Below are positions 10,502 to 21,670 of a stretch of 64,000 nt of DNA, in pieces. A program made the position numbers and the translations under genes. Below the pieces are notes generated by a model. The model had not been told where the DNA came from, did not search any database, and saw only the letters and a program-made list of their open reading frames with translations. This DNA comes from a virus. Where the stretch lies: positions 32,280 to 96,279 of IMG/VR virus record IMGVR_UViG_3300048691_000182; one strand, given 5' to 3'. Position 1 is the first letter of the stretch, and each line of letters starts with the position of its first letter.

Positions 10502-12142
10502 ATGAGTAATAATGAAATTCCGTTTAATATAAATATATTAAACCTTACAGATGATAAACTGACGGGAATGAAGCCTGTTAGGTCACAAGACATTTTTGAT
10601 GGAGCAACTCGGAACTTTCACGAAGACGGTATTTATAGTACCAGTATTTTTGGAAAAGTGGGAGATGAGAGAAGAAATAGACGTTTCTCTTATATTGACA
10701 TCAAACTAGGTATTCTTCACCCTGTAGTTTACAGAGCTTTAATTAAAATAAAAGGTTTATACCAAGGCATTATTAACGGTACAGAATTTGTACTATGGAA
10801 TAATGAAATTAAAGACTTTGAGAAAACAAATGCGTTAAGTGGTAAGACTGGTTATAGTTATTTCTTAGACCATTGGAAGGATATTAACTTTATTGAAAAT
10901 GATAGCGATAGACGACAATTCAATATTGATATCTGTAAACGTTTTGCTAACAAAGCAATTCTTACTAAAATCACCGTCATTCCAGCAGGCGTAAGAGATC
11001 TTCAAGATAATGGTGGAGGTAGAACTGAAGAAGATGAAATTAATGTACTTTATAGAAAATTACTTTCATTTGCTAACTCTGTTCCCGCTACAGCTATTGA
11101 GACTAATCCAGAAATTTTAAATAAAGCAAGAGTGGGTCTACAAAGAACCTATAATGAGATTTATGAATTAATAGAAAGTTTTGTTGAAGGTAAGAAAAAA
11201 TTAATTACTGGTGGGTGGGCTGCCCGTAAGGTATTTAACGGAACACGTAATGTTCTTACCGCCATGAACTTTAACTCAGGCGACATGGGTTCACCCACTA
11301 ACGTTGGTTTTAACGACACAGTGGTTGGTCTGTATCAGTTCCTAAAAGGCACGCTTCCTGTTAGTAAATACAATCTTAGAAATGGTTTCTTAAGTAAAGT
11401 ATTTAGTGGTCCTAACTCTCCAGTTTACTTAACTAATATTAAAACAAGAAAACGTGAAGCCGTTAGAATTAATTCTAAACTTAGGGATATTTGGGATAGT
11501 GCTGAAGGTATTGAGAAAGTAATTACTTCTTTTCAAGAAACTTCATTTAGATCAAATCCTGTTATTATTGAAGGTTACTATATTGGTTTAGTTTATAAAG
11601 GACCTGACGGTACATATAAACTATTTCAAGATATCGAAGAGCTTCCTAAAACTAGGTCTGTCGATGATGTCCATCCAATTACTTTTACGGAGCTTTTATA
11701 TTTATCTGTTTATAAAACAGCTAACAAATATCCTGCTTTTGTAACTCGTTACCCGATTACTGGTTACGGGTCAATATATCCTAGTAAGGTATTTTTAAAA
11801 CCAACTATTAAAACAGAAATTAGAACAGAGCTAGACGACAACTGGCAACCAATGGATGACTCTAACACAGCTTATCAGTTTCCTATCACAGGTAGCTCGT
11901 TTGTTGACTCCATGGCTCCGCATTCCACCCACCTGAGTAGACTGGGTGCTGACTATGATGGGGATACTGGAAGCTTAAATATAGCCTATACCGACGACGC
12001 AGTGGCTGAAATTGATAATTACTTAAAAGATAAAAGTTACTATATTGGTACAGATGGTAGCATTAGTTTTAGTGCTAACACGGATACCATCACTTACGTT
12101 TTACACAACATGACTACTAACGTAGAACAACCACAGGAATAA
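10502..12142 (+). CDS. Virion RNA polymerase beta'-like subunit (phiKZ gp180-like)
   Basis: Catalytic-type motif RLGADYDGD; also GIYSTSIFG and RYP motifs; start moved to ATG 10502 (MSNNEIP). Confidence 0.9.
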   Translation: MSNNEIPFNINILNLTDDKLTGMKPVRSQDIFDGATRNFHEDGIYSTSIFGKVGDERRNRRFSYIDIKLGILHPVVYRALIKIKGLYQGIINGTEFVLWNNEIKDFEKTNALSGKTGYSYFLDHWKDINFIENDSDRRQFNIDICKRFANKAILTKITVIPAGVRDLQDNGGGRTEEDEINVLYRKLLSFANSVPATAIETNPEILNKARVGLQRTYNEIYELIESFVEGKKKLITGGWAARKVFNGTRNVLTAMNFNSGDMGSPTNVGFNDTVVGLYQFLKGTLPVSKYNLRNGFLSKVFSGPNSPVYLTNIKTRKREAVRINSKLRDIWDSAEGIEKVITSFQETSFRSNPVIIEGYYIGLVYKGPDGTYKLFQDIEELPKTRSVDDVHPITFTELLYLSVYKTANKYPAFVTRYPITGYGSIYPSKVFLKPTIKTEIRTELDDNWQPMDDSNTAYQFPITGSSFVDSMAPHSTHLSRLGADYDGDTGSLNIAYTDDAVAEIDNYLKDKSYYIGTDGSISFSANTDTITYVLHNMTTNVEQPQE

Positions 12143-12145
12143 ATT

Positions 12146-15100
12146 ATGCTTGCTTATGATCTATTCTACAGACACTCAGGTGTTAGAATACCACAACAAT
12201 TAATGACTCCCATCATAACTTCTATGGAGAAGTTTGAGTTTCCTAAAAACTCTTTGTTTAACAGCATTTCTTACGATGGTGTACGCTCTGCCCCCAGTAG
12301 TGATGAATATTTGTTTAGACTCATTACTAAACAAATACTGATGGACCACGTTATTAATTTAACTGAGTTCACGGGTAACCCTAGAAGAATCAACACACAA
12401 ATAACACCTTATATTCGTGAGTACCATGTTCACAATAGAAGGTTCAGGCTAAGCAAGGATATGGTTAAAACCGATAGAGAACAAAATACTCTAATGGTTA
12501 CTAACTACGACTTCTTACCTAAGGCATATCGGTACACAAGAAATAAGTTTACAGAAGCATATATCTGGCATAACCTTACTAAGACTTTATGCGACACCAT
12601 TGAGTCCCAAGCTAAAGTTAGTCAAAGACAACAATTCATTCTTATTGATCTTCCTACCATTCTACCGAGTGTTACATCTTTAGATCTTTATTCTAAGGTA
12701 TTTAATACTAATTATTTAAATATTTTCAATACTGCTGAATCTAAAATGATTTTGGAGATTTGGAAGTGGTTAGGTGAAGACAGTAGAAAAGATTCTATTC
12801 TAAATACGTTATCTAAAGATTCTTTATCTAAAGTTAACATTATTTACAGAGATGTAAATAAGTGGTTAGTAGTGAATCTTGGAGTTTTGAATAGTTGGAG
12901 ATATGTTAAAGTTGAGGATAGTGAACCAGGTCAGAAAATCAAGATAACGCCCGCTGATCTACAGAAACGGTTCTTGAGAATGTTGATGGGTTTAATGCAT
13001 CTTAGAAGTACGCCTAGTGCTTCTGAAACTGAGAATCCAGAAACCACCGCCGATACAGCTGCTTCCGCACCTGAAGAAGATCCATTAAAGAATGAATTAA
13101 AACCTATTGTTGCTGAACAAGAGTTAACTGACGGAGTAGCTCTTAATAACGAAGAGACTAGACTAGAGGCTTCAAACAGACTCTTAGCCAGTATAGACGA
13201 TGACTTAAAACAACTCGACGTTATTGAAAGCTTAAAATTAAGTGCTTTGGTAAATGCTGATTCTGAACAAGGTGATCAAAGTTTTAATGACTCTAGTGCT
13301 TCTTTAGAAGATTTTAACAAAGAAGTTAAACCGGAAGACGCCATTATTAAGATTTGTAATAAACAAGCTGATGACGGTATTATTACAGCAGCTGTTTTTA
13401 AGAATCTCGTAAGCGCAGCTTCTACTTACAAAACGCTAAAGGCACCAGGCACGGATGTTTCTCTAGAAGAGTACATTAACATACCTCCTGAGGACTTAGC
13501 CATTAACGAATCTAAGCCTATCAAGAGTATTGCGACTGTACTTGATAAGTCAATGTTAAAAAGTAGTCTATTAACTTTTGATGAAAAGTATGTAGAGAAG
13601 GTTCTGTCTAAGGACATTGCTGGTATGGTAGTGGGGGTTCAGAAAGCTGGTGTCATTCTTAATGACTACTCTATCGAACGCCATAACGAATTACTTGGTG
13701 AGTACGAAGTCCACACAATGCGAGTAAGACCCGTTGAAGGTGTTAGTTCAGTTTTGCATTTTAGAATACCAGTTGTGCAAGAAGACGGAACACTAACCAT
13801 TGCTGGTAATCGCTACAGACTTAGAAAACAGAGATCTGATTGCCCTATTAGAAAAATATCACCTAGGTCTGTTGCTCTCACTAGTTATTACGGTAAAACG
13901 TTTGTTAATAGAAACGATAAAAAAGTAAATGATTACGGAAATTGGCTCTGTAATAACATTATGCTTAAAGGACTAGATAGTACAGATGAAACTGTTTCTA
14001 ACATAGCAACAGGTGATGTTTTTAATAATGATGCATCTGTACCTCGTGTTTACAGTGCCATCTCTCAAAACTTTATTAGTTTTAATTCACAAGGTTATAG
14101 TTTTAATTTTGATATTAACTCTATTGAGAAAATTCACGGTAAAGAAAATTCTGATAAACAAAAAGAGTTTGGTGTTACTTTGGTTGCTATTAATAACAAA
14201 GATGAAAGTCTTGGTATTGATATCGACAACAACATTGTTAAGATTGAAAAATCTGGTAATAAAATACTGGGTACTATTGAAAACTTTCTTGGTCTGAATC
14301 CTATTAATTCACCAATAGATTTTTCTGAACTCAAAGTAATGGGTAAGAATATTTCTGTAGGTTTAGTACTTGCTTACGACATTGGACTTAGTGAACTCTG
14401 CGAACGTTTAAAAGTAGAACCTAGAAAAGTTCTTGCTGGTAATAGATTAAACCTAGAACATCATGAGTACGCAATTACTTTTAGTGACGTAAGTTTAGTA
14501 TTCAGCAAAAAAGATAAGTTAGCTACCTTAATTCTAGCTGGTTTTAATGAATACGATAAAGTCATTAGAAGATATTCTGTTGCAGCAATGGATAAACCAA
14601 ATGTTTATCTAAATATTTTAGAATCCGCCGGAATGACAGTTAGGCACTTGCGCGAACTACAGAACTTAAATGGTTTGTTTGTTGACCCTATCACTAAAGA
14701 GCTTTTAGTGGAGATGAAAGAACCTACCACGTTCCATGGTCTGTTAGTCAGAGGCAGCGAATTACTTTTAACAGACGAACATCCCGATCAACTCGATATG
14801 CGATACATGCGCATTAAGGGATATGAACGTATTGCTGGTGCTGTTTATTCTGAGTTAGTACATTCTGTTCGTTCACACAGTAACCGACCTGGTAAGCACA
14901 CTAAGCCGTTAGAACTACACCCTTACGCAGTATGGAAAAGAATTACTGCTGATCCAGCAATGGCTTTAATTTCAGATCTTAATCCAATCGAGAATTTGAA
15001 ACAAATGGAAGCTGTGACTTACAGCGGTGAAGGTGGTAGAAATAGTAGGACAATGACCAGAGATACAAGACAGTACCATGAGACAGATATTGGTGTTATC

Positions 15101-16399
15101 TCGGAGTCCACTGTTGATAGTTCTGGAGTTGGTATTAATATTTTTACTAGCGCCGACCCTCAATTTAAATCTGTCAGAGGAACTACCAAACCTTTTGTTT
15201 TAGAAAAAGCTGGTCCAGCTGCCATGCTTTCTACTTCGGCTTTAATGTCGCCAAGTAGTGATCACGACGACCCAAAACGAGTAAACTTTATTGCTATTCA
15301 ACACTCGCACGGTATTGCTTGCTCTGGTTATAAACAAACTGGTTTACGCACCGGATACGAGCAAGTCATTGCGCACAGAACAAGTGATATGTATGCTTTT
15401 ACAGCCAGACAAGATGGCGAGGTAATTTCATCTCAACCTGACGGTATACAAGTTAAATATAAAGACGGTACTGTAAAAGGTTTTCAAGTAGGTAGAAGAT
15501 TTGGTGCAGCGGCAGGTCTTACAATCCCGCATGACTTAGTTACCGATTTAAAGACAGGGGATAAGTTTAGCTTTGGTGATCCTATTGTTTACAATAAAGG
15601 TTTCTTTGAAAAAGACATACTTGACCCTAAACAAATTGTTTGGAAAGCGGGTGTTAACGCTAAGGTTGTGTTGTTTGAATCTACTGAAACTTTAGAAGAT
15701 GCTTCCAGTATTTCTGAAGAGCTAGCTCAGCGCTTGAAGACTAAAACCACTAAAGTTAAAACCATTGTAGTTAACTTTGACCAAGTGGTGAGGTCTATGG
15801 TTAATGTTAACGACATAATGAAACCAGACACACCACTATGCATAGTTGAAGATGCTACAACACACGGTGCTAATTTGTTTGATGAAGAAACTTTAAATAC
15901 TCTTCAACTACTCAGTAACCAAGCACCTACAGCTAAAGTTAACGGAGTATTAGACAGAATTGAAGTGTATTATCATGGTGATATTGACGACATGAGTGAT
16001 AGCTTAAAGAAGTTAACTAATCAATTTAACAAATCAGCTAGTGTTAGATCTAAAGCTATTGGTAAAGAAAATGTATCTGGTAGCGTAGCAAGTGGTATGA
16101 GTATTGACGGTGAACCTCTTGCGCTTGATACTCTTGCTATTAAGTTTTATATTACCGGCGACGTACCGGCCGGCGTCGGAGATAAAGGCGTTTTTGCTAA
16201 TCAGTTAAAGACTGTATTTAGTAAGGTATTTGCTAATAAAATGAGGACTGAGTCAGGCACTATTATTGATGCTGTGTTCGGTCAAAAGAGCGTACAAGAC
16301 CGTATTGTTACTAGCGTAAACACTATTGGTACTACCAATACCCTTTTGGGTGTTATTGGTAAACGCGCTGTACAAATTTATAAACAAGGAGTTAAGTAA
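12146..16399 (+). CDS. Virion RNA polymerase beta-like subunit (phiKZ gp178-like)
   Basis: 1417 aa; beta-like motifs HDDPKRVNF, EDA and GVGDKGVFANQLK; adjacent to the beta' gene. Confidence 0.9.
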   Translation: MLAYDLFYRHSGVRIPQQLMTPIITSMEKFEFPKNSLFNSISYDGVRSAPSSDEYLFRLITKQILMDHVINLTEFTGNPRRINTQITPYIREYHVHNRRFRLSKDMVKTDREQNTLMVTNYDFLPKAYRYTRNKFTEAYIWHNLTKTLCDTIESQAKVSQRQQFILIDLPTILPSVTSLDLYSKVFNTNYLNIFNTAESKMILEIWKWLGEDSRKDSILNTLSKDSLSKVNIIYRDVNKWLVVNLGVLNSWRYVKVEDSEPGQKIKITPADLQKRFLRMLMGLMHLRSTPSASETENPETTADTAASAPEEDPLKNELKPIVAEQELTDGVALNNEETRLEASNRLLASIDDDLKQLDVIESLKLSALVNADSEQGDQSFNDSSASLEDFNKEVKPEDAIIKICNKQADDGIITAAVFKNLVSAASTYKTLKAPGTDVSLEEYINIPPEDLAINESKPIKSIATVLDKSMLKSSLLTFDEKYVEKVLSKDIAGMVVGVQKAGVILNDYSIERHNELLGEYEVHTMRVRPVEGVSSVLHFRIPVVQEDGTLTIAGNRYRLRKQRSDCPIRKISPRSVALTSYYGKTFVNRNDKKVNDYGNWLCNNIMLKGLDSTDETVSNIATGDVFNNDASVPRVYSAISQNFISFNSQGYSFNFDINSIEKIHGKENSDKQKEFGVTLVAINNKDESLGIDIDNNIVKIEKSGNKILGTIENFLGLNPINSPIDFSELKVMGKNISVGLVLAYDIGLSELCERLKVEPRKVLAGNRLNLEHHEYAITFSDVSLVFSKKDKLATLILAGFNEYDKVIRRYSVAAMDKPNVYLNILESAGMTVRHLRELQNLNGLFVDPITKELLVEMKEPTTFHGLLVRGSELLLTDEHPDQLDMRYMRIKGYERIAGAVYSELVHSVRSHSNRPGKHTKPLELHPYAVWKRITADPAMALISDLNPIENLKQMEAVTYSGEGGRNSRTMTRDTRQYHETDIGVISESTVDSSGVGINIFTSADPQFKSVRGTTKPFVLEKAGPAAMLSTSALMSPSSDHDDPKRVNFIAIQHSHGIACSGYKQTGLRTGYEQVIAHRTSDMYAFTARQDGEVISSQPDGIQVKYKDGTVKGFQVGRRFGAAAGLTIPHDLVTDLKTGDKFSFGDPIVYNKGFFEKDILDPKQIVWKAGVNAKVVLFESTETLEDASSISEELAQRLKTKTTKVKTIVVNFDQVVRSMVNVNDIMKPDTPLCIVEDATTHGANLFDEETLNTLQLLSNQAPTAKVNGVLDRIEVYYHGDIDDMSDSLKKLTNQFNKSASVRSKAIGKENVSGSVASGMSIDGEPLALDTLAIKFYITGDVPAGVGDKGVFANQLKTVFSKVFANKMRTESGTIIDAVFGQKSVQDRIVTSVNTIGTTNTLLGVIGKRAVQIYKQGVK

Positions 16400-16587
16400 T
16401 GGATGTCTCTAATAAGACTGAGGAAACTCAAAAGGTATTGGGTAATGCAACTGAGTTCGCAACCAACATTATTTTGAATGTAGTTGGAAACGATGTTTCT
16501 GATTCTCTTAATGGTGAAGTGGTTGGTCGCACTATTTTGAATGGTATTATTCAAAATCGTTTCGCCAGAGAACTCAAGTTAATTTAA
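16399..16587 (+). CDS. Small hypothetical protein
   Basis: 62 aa, overlaps the upstream stop codon, AAGGAG RBS. Confidence 0.65.
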   Translation: MDVSNKTEETQKVLGNATEFATNIILNVVGNDVSDSLNGEVVGRTILNGIIQNRFARELKLI

Positions 16588-16599
16588 GGAATTATAAAA

Positions 16600-18045
16600 A
16601 TGATTAATGTCGATACAATGCAAGCTTGTTCTAGTCTTGCCATTAAGGCAACGGGTAAAGATAAACGAATTATTGCTGTAACTGGCACTCCTCTAGCTTC
16701 ATTGGTCAAAGCTACTAACCTTTGTCTAGCTAGTTCTAATGTTTGCGCTGCTACCGATGATGTTTTTAGCGGCTCTAGTGTAGCTTATGCAACTGGTGCG
16801 GAAAGCAAACTTGAAGAAACTATCCATGATAAAACAATGGATGATTTAGTTAATGATGTTTCCAAGGCTGTAGCCACACATATTAGTTTTGCTAAAAATG
16901 TAGTTAGTCCAATGGTGGTTAAGTATATTGATTATGTTGTAAAACAAATGTCAATTGACTTGAATTCAGCCGCTACTAAATTTTCTGTTGAAGTTATCGA
17001 CTTACCTGAACCTTTAACTAATGGTTCTTTTGAGCAAAGTTTGGAAAGATTTAAAGAAAAGACTTTCTATGAACCAGAAGACAAATTGAAACTAGGCGCC
17101 CGCACTAGTGAAGAAATTTTTGCTTTGTTGCAAAGCGGTTCTAAAGATTTTGATGCAAAAGTAGCTGTTTGGTATGGAACTCTTTCACCACGTTTTATTG
17201 ACGATGTCTGGAGCCAGTATTTTGGAACACCCAGTATTGTTACTACTAACGACTGGGGTACTAGCTCACTTAGTCTGAACTCTATTAACAATAGAGATAC
17301 TTCTATTTTGGTATTTTTACTTGCTCAGCGTCTTGGTCAAGATATTCCAGAGTCAACTAGTATGACTCTGACACAATACCGTGACACTATTTACAATTTG
17401 ACAGAAGCTAGCGCTTTACAAATTTTAGGTATTTACGATAGACATGTGTTATCTATTAAAACTAATACTTTAGTTGAATTTGTTTCTTTTGATGGAAGAT
17501 CAATTAAAGTAAACGGTACTGTTTATCGTGATTGGTTAGCTGGTGGTGGGTCTAACGAGATTATTCTCGGTATGGCTGCTAGTAGCTCTAAAGCAAGAGT
17601 AGTTTCAGAATTTACTGAGAAAGCCGATTCTTTCAAAGCTTCTTGGTATCAGTTTGAGGAACTTAACAATACTCTTGCACGTAATAACAAATACGCTCGT
17701 TTTGTTCAGGCTTTAGAAACTGGTTTTGAATATATTCAAACAGGTGAACAATCAGAACAAGAACGTGTTTTGATGCAAGAAAAACCAACAGTATCTGAAG
17801 AAATAAAGAAATATTTCAAAGAAGAGTTGGAAAAGATCAAGAACGCAGATGTTGAGAATGTTAACGATACATGCATGCGTTTGTTGTGCCGTAGCCGTTA
17901 CTTCTACACTGATGCTGAAAAGTTCTTGACAAGCATCAATGAGGCACATAAAGCTAATCCTGAAGTTGATGTTCGTGTAGCAGCTTTGATTGCAACTATT
18001 GAGTATGTTGCTGATTATGTTGCTGACCAAATGCAAGTAGTATAA
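16600..18045 (+). CDS. Conserved jumbo-phage protein (phiKZ gp177-like)
   Basis: 481 aa with RBS; syntenic between vRNAP beta and the head protease. Confidence 0.6.
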   Translation: MINVDTMQACSSLAIKATGKDKRIIAVTGTPLASLVKATNLCLASSNVCAATDDVFSGSSVAYATGAESKLEETIHDKTMDDLVNDVSKAVATHISFAKNVVSPMVVKYIDYVVKQMSIDLNSAATKFSVEVIDLPEPLTNGSFEQSLERFKEKTFYEPEDKLKLGARTSEEIFALLQSGSKDFDAKVAVWYGTLSPRFIDDVWSQYFGTPSIVTTNDWGTSSLSLNSINNRDTSILVFLLAQRLGQDIPESTSMTLTQYRDTIYNLTEASALQILGIYDRHVLSIKTNTLVEFVSFDGRSIKVNGTVYRDWLAGGGSNEIILGMAASSSKARVVSEFTEKADSFKASWYQFEELNNTLARNNKYARFVQALETGFEYIQTGEQSEQERVLMQEKPTVSEEIKKYFKEELEKIKNADVENVNDTCMRLLCRSRYFYTDAEKFLTSINEAHKANPEVDVRVAALIATIEYVADYVADQMQVV

Positions 18046-18057
18046 AAGAGGTAAGGC

Positions 18058-18783
18058 ATGGATATTAAACAATTAGAGCGTAACGCTGCTAAGGTCCATG
18101 CTTGTCTTCAAGAAACACCAGATGGTCGTCTAATAGCCTTGGAGGAATGTAAAATATACGTTCCTTCAAGGTTTGAAGAACGTGGTCTGATGGAACATGG
18201 CGTAGAAACTTATATTGTTGGTATTTATGCTATTGTTGTAGAAGACAAGTACTTAGCTGTTTCAATGGTTAACGCAATGATGCGTATTAAACCATCCTCA
18301 GCAATGAAAGTAAAAATAAGAGGTACTGAGTGCTATGAATTTACTTTTGATGCTGGTAGTACTATAATCGCTTCTCTTAATCTTGTTAAGAATGACGTTT
18401 TAGTTTATAAAATTTATAATGAAATTTTATCTAACGGTGAGATACCTTGGTATTTAAACTACAGTGATCTTGGTAAACTTTTTGATACAGCTAAACTTCA
18501 CGCTGGTGCTAACGTCGGACAAAACTCCGAAGTTACAGAATTGATTATTTCGCTGATAGCAAGAACTCCTGAAGATAAAGTTAAATACTACAGAACGATA
18601 GCACAAGACGAAGACATTATTCAAAATAAACCAGCTACATACGTGGCTTTAAAGAACGTACAATATTCTGCAACTAACACTACAGATAAGCTAGCAGGTT
18701 CTTATTTTGGCGATGCGCTTACATCTGCTCTTATAAACCCATCATCAAAAAGAGAGCGTTTAGAATCACTGCTATTAAAATAA
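18058..18783 (+). CDS. Conserved jumbo-phage protein (phiKZ gp176-like)
   Basis: 241 aa with RBS; synteny. Confidence 0.6.
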   Translation: MDIKQLERNAAKVHACLQETPDGRLIALEECKIYVPSRFEERGLMEHGVETYIVGIYAIVVEDKYLAVSMVNAMMRIKPSSAMKVKIRGTECYEFTFDAGSTIIASLNLVKNDVLVYKIYNEILSNGEIPWYLNYSDLGKLFDTAKLHAGANVGQNSEVTELIISLIARTPEDKVKYYRTIAQDEDIIQNKPATYVALKNVQYSATNTTDKLAGSYFGDALTSALINPSSKRERLESLLLK

Positions 18784-18837
18784 TTTATGTAAAAATAAAT
18801 TATGCTATGATTTCTATTTAATTTATTTTGGATCATT

Positions 18838-19596
18838 ATGGACAATATTCGTTTTACTTGTACTAGCCTTGCTAATACTAATAAAGTAGGGATTATTACA
18901 CCCGATACAGATGGCTACTACGACATGGTTGTAGGCGGTTTAAACGTTTTCAATAGCGTGGGTCAGTATTATGAATACGAAGGTGCTAAAGCACTGTTTG
19001 AGAGCTCTAGTCCTTTTATGCGGCGTATTAAGCGTGGCGCTCTTCGTGGCGAAGTAGGTCACCCTAAACAAATGCCTGGTGAAAAGGACGAAGACTATCT
19101 TGACCGTATTTATGTAATTGACGAACGTAACGTTTGTGTGCATTTTAAAGAAATCTATCTTGATTTCAACTCTAAGAAAATGCCTAACGGTGATCCCGTA
19201 ATTGCTATCATGGGAAAGCTTACTCCTAGCGGACCTAAGGGTGATTATTTAGCTAAGCAGATAGCTAATAAAAATGAGAATGTTTGTTTTAGCATTCGCT
19301 CTCTCACACAGGACACAATGGTGAGAGGTCGTTACACTAGAACAATCAAACATATTGTTACGTTTGACCATGTTAATGAACCAGGCATTTCTATAGCTAA
19401 TAAATACGATGCGCCTGGCTTAGAATCTCTCACTCCTTTAGTTGACAAGCCTGTTACAAAGAACCAAATTCTAAGAAGCGTTAATAAATCAGTAGCTACA
19501 ATCGGAACAGAAAGTGCTGTGATGGATGCTAATGAATTGTTTTCTTCTTTTGGTTGGAGTAGCAACACTGGTAAGCCTGCTTATTCTAAATGGTAA
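18838..19596 (+). CDS. Prohead maturation protease (phiKZ gp175-like)
   Basis: LRGEVGHP (catalytic His), FSIRS (catalytic Ser) and TFDHVNEPG; candidate G-L-E self-cleavage site (PGLES) near the C-terminus. Confidence 0.85.
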   Translation: MDNIRFTCTSLANTNKVGIITPDTDGYYDMVVGGLNVFNSVGQYYEYEGAKALFESSSPFMRRIKRGALRGEVGHPKQMPGEKDEDYLDRIYVIDERNVCVHFKEIYLDFNSKKMPNGDPVIAIMGKLTPSGPKGDYLAKQIANKNENVCFSIRSLTQDTMVRGRYTRTIKHIVTFDHVNEPGISIANKYDAPGLESLTPLVDKPVTKNQILRSVNKSVATIGTESAVMDANELFSSFGWSSNTGKPAYSKW

Positions 19597-19602
19597 TATA
19601 AC

Positions 19603-19646
19603 TACTCACAGTACAGGAACTTATTATAGTTCCTGTACTGTGAGTA
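19603..19646 (+). terminator. Hairpin terminator followed by TATG
   Basis: 18-bp inverted repeat tactcacagtacaggaac / gttcctgtactgtgagta. Confidence 0.75.
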
Positions 19647-19672
19647 TGTCTGTATTTTAAAATATTTCAGAT

Positions 19673-19685
19673 ACTTATTATTAAA
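19673..19685 (+). promoter_or_regulatory. Candidate phage promoter motif ACTTATTATTAAA (copy 1 of 3)
   Basis: Identical 13-mer also at 46554 and 50962, each intergenic and upstream of a + strand gene. Confidence 0.5.
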
Positions 19686-19781
19686 TTGGTAAAGCAAGTA
19701 GAAAAAGCTTGTAATAAACCAGTGTAAATTTTACACAAACCACATCTTCTATAGTTTAAACTTTTTAAGGAATAATTTTCT

Positions 19782-20225
19782 ATGACCAAAACTGTTCGTT
19801 TCAACAGTATCAATTACAGCGTTGAAAAGCTCATTGCATTCAAAGGACAGGGAACTCTTGTCGATGTCGGAGATGCCAAGGTTGTAGAGAATCCTCAAAC
19901 TGCAACTGTGACTGAAGAACAACTAAAACACCGTTTGGTGGTTTGTGTTAATGGTAGCTTTATTGTCCTAGTAAAGCCTGAGAAATCTTCAGATTACGCC
20001 AATTCTAAAGTAACTATTATCACCAAGTTGGTACTGAAGAAAGTAGCGGCACCTGCTCTTCCTGCAAACGATCTACGTCCACCTTACGTACCTCCTATGG
20101 ATCTTCAAAATCGCTACGAAGGACGACACGCAAGCCAACCTCGTCAAGATTCATATCGTGCGCGTAGCCCGCAACCACAATCTAGTGATAACGGGTACGG
20201 TAATCGCAACAACCGTGGTTATTAA
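19782..20225 (+). CDS. Hypothetical protein with low-complexity R/P/N-rich tail
   Basis: 147 aa, AAGGA RBS. Confidence 0.7.
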   Translation: MTKTVRFNSINYSVEKLIAFKGQGTLVDVGDAKVVENPQTATVTEEQLKHRLVVCVNGSFIVLVKPEKSSDYANSKVTIITKLVLKKVAAPALPANDLRPPYVPPMDLQNRYEGRHASQPRQDSYRARSPQPQSSDNGYGNRNNRGY

Positions 20226-20227
20226 AA

Positions 20228-20494
20228 ATGTTTACAAATAATCCAGCTTTTAAAAAGCTTTGTTATCTTATCCTTGCTCTTGCTTTTGCTGTGTTTATAA
20301 CATCTATGCAAAAAGAAAGTCACGTAAAAGATGAAGTCAATCAGCTGCGATATGAATACATTGTTAGCAATAGTTCTGATGAAAGAAAAGAAAAGGCTAA
20401 ACAATTGATTGGTAAAATTGATAGTTTACCTAAGCACTTAGTTACTCCTGATATGGAAGACCTTGTAAGTAATTTAAAAAGTAACTTGCAGTAA
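20228..20494 (+). CDS. Hypothetical membrane-anchored protein
   Basis: 88 aa, N-terminal hydrophobic helix. Confidence 0.6.
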   Translation: MFTNNPAFKKLCYLILALAFAVFITSMQKESHVKDEVNQLRYEYIVSNSSDERKEKAKQLIGKIDSLPKHLVTPDMEDLVSNLKSNLQ

Positions 20495-20608
20495 CTAAGA
20501 ACAAAATTTGTTACCTAGTGTTTATTCTTAAGAAAATATTGGGTAACATTTAAGCAGGTCAATGACCTAAATACCAACCGCTAGAAATAGCAAATGAAGT
20601 GAGTTATT

Positions 20609-21076
20609 ATGTCCGTTAAAGAATTGAATCCCGCTACCGCTGCTTTGGCTGTTTTGCTTGCTGACAAATTCAACTACGATAAGAAGGAAAACACGATTAA
20701 TCGTGCTGACGATACCTTTACAGGTACGCTTCCAGAAGATCTTACACCTGCCATCGTGGAACGTGTGTCTGAGCATTACACTACTTTTGCCGCAGCTTCC
20801 GCCAAGGTGTATGGTGATTTGGCCATCAAGGCATTGACCGCTGACGAAAAACTGGATCGTGTGAGCATTGAAATTCCTTTGACCGGGAAAGATTCTTTGA
20901 GCTTCTCTATGGATCGTTCTGTTACCAGCCCAATTCCTGGCAAACCAGGTGAGTCAGTTACCAAATACGGTGTGCTGCGTCCTAAGTTCGACTTTGTTGC
21001 TGGTAATAACTCTGGTCAACTCAAACTGGCACGCACGCAACTCAATGAGCTGGCTGAAGCAGCTTTGTGCAAGTAA
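20609..21076 (+). CDS. Hypothetical protein, likely highly expressed
   Basis: 155 aa, codon usage resembles chimallin and sheath; followed by a terminator. Confidence 0.7.
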   Translation: MSVKELNPATAALAVLLADKFNYDKKENTINRADDTFTGTLPEDLTPAIVERVSEHYTTFAAASAKVYGDLAIKALTADEKLDRVSIEIPLTGKDSLSFSMDRSVTSPIPGKPGESVTKYGVLRPKFDFVAGNNSGQLKLARTQLNELAEAALCK

Positions 21077-21121
21077 TACACGTATTTAATTAACCTCTTA
21101 GCTGAGGCGCCTAAAGTCGAT

Positions 21122-21163
21122 TACACACTACCTAGAAGATTAATTTCTTCTAGGTAGTGTGTA
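21122..21163. terminator. Bidirectional hairpin terminator
   Basis: 18-bp inverted repeat tacacactacctagaaga / tcttctaggtagtgtgta between convergent genes. Confidence 0.75.
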
Positions 21164-21178
21164 TGGTTTATTTATTTT

Positions 21179-21670
21179 TTATTTTAAATTATTGCTAAAA
21201 TCACTATTTGGTAAGTAAATTTCGCTTCTATGGTGAAGTACATTTCCACCGTAGATATCCTTTAGCATATACCAAATACCATTAGGACCTAAAAGATGTG
21301 GCTTAGATAATCCAATCGAAGCACCTATTGATTCTGAACAAAACCATTCGTTTTCAGTATGTTTGACAAGACCTGTGAAGAACTTAATATTACCCATAAT
21401 GTCGTAAGGTTTACCATCGTGTTTAATAAACCATTCCGTTGTTCTATCGGATAAGTAGTCAGGTAATTCTAAGAAATCCCATGCGTTAGGTGTAGAATAA
21501 CCAATTCTTTTTGTTCTTACACCTCTGTCAATATAACTACTACTGCGACTGAGTCCATCAGTACCTATTAATTCTACATGAATATAAATACCATCATCTA
21601 GTGCTCTACCAAGTCTATCCATGACTCCTTGGAGACCTCTGTGTTTTCCTTTGTATGCCGCTAAATACAT
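21179..21670 (-). CDS. Permuted papain-like (NlpC/P60, YaeF/YiiX-type) amidase/peptidase
   Basis: His (IHVEL) precedes GKPYD and Cys (WFCSE), the circularly permuted arrangement. Confidence 0.6.
   Translation of the reverse strand: MYLAAYKGKHRGLQGVMDRLGRALDDGIYIHVELIGTDGLSRSSSYIDRGVRTKRIGYSTPNAWDFLELPDYLSDRTTEWFIKHDGKPYDIMGNIKFFTGLVKHTENEWFCSESIGASIGLSKPHLLGPNGIWYMLKDIYGGNVLHHRSEIYLPNSDFSNNLK

Noticed and set aside
11940-11970. DYDGD instead of DFDGD in the virion RNAP as a sign of inactivation
   Set aside because: All three catalytic Asp residues are retained and F to Y is a conservative change.
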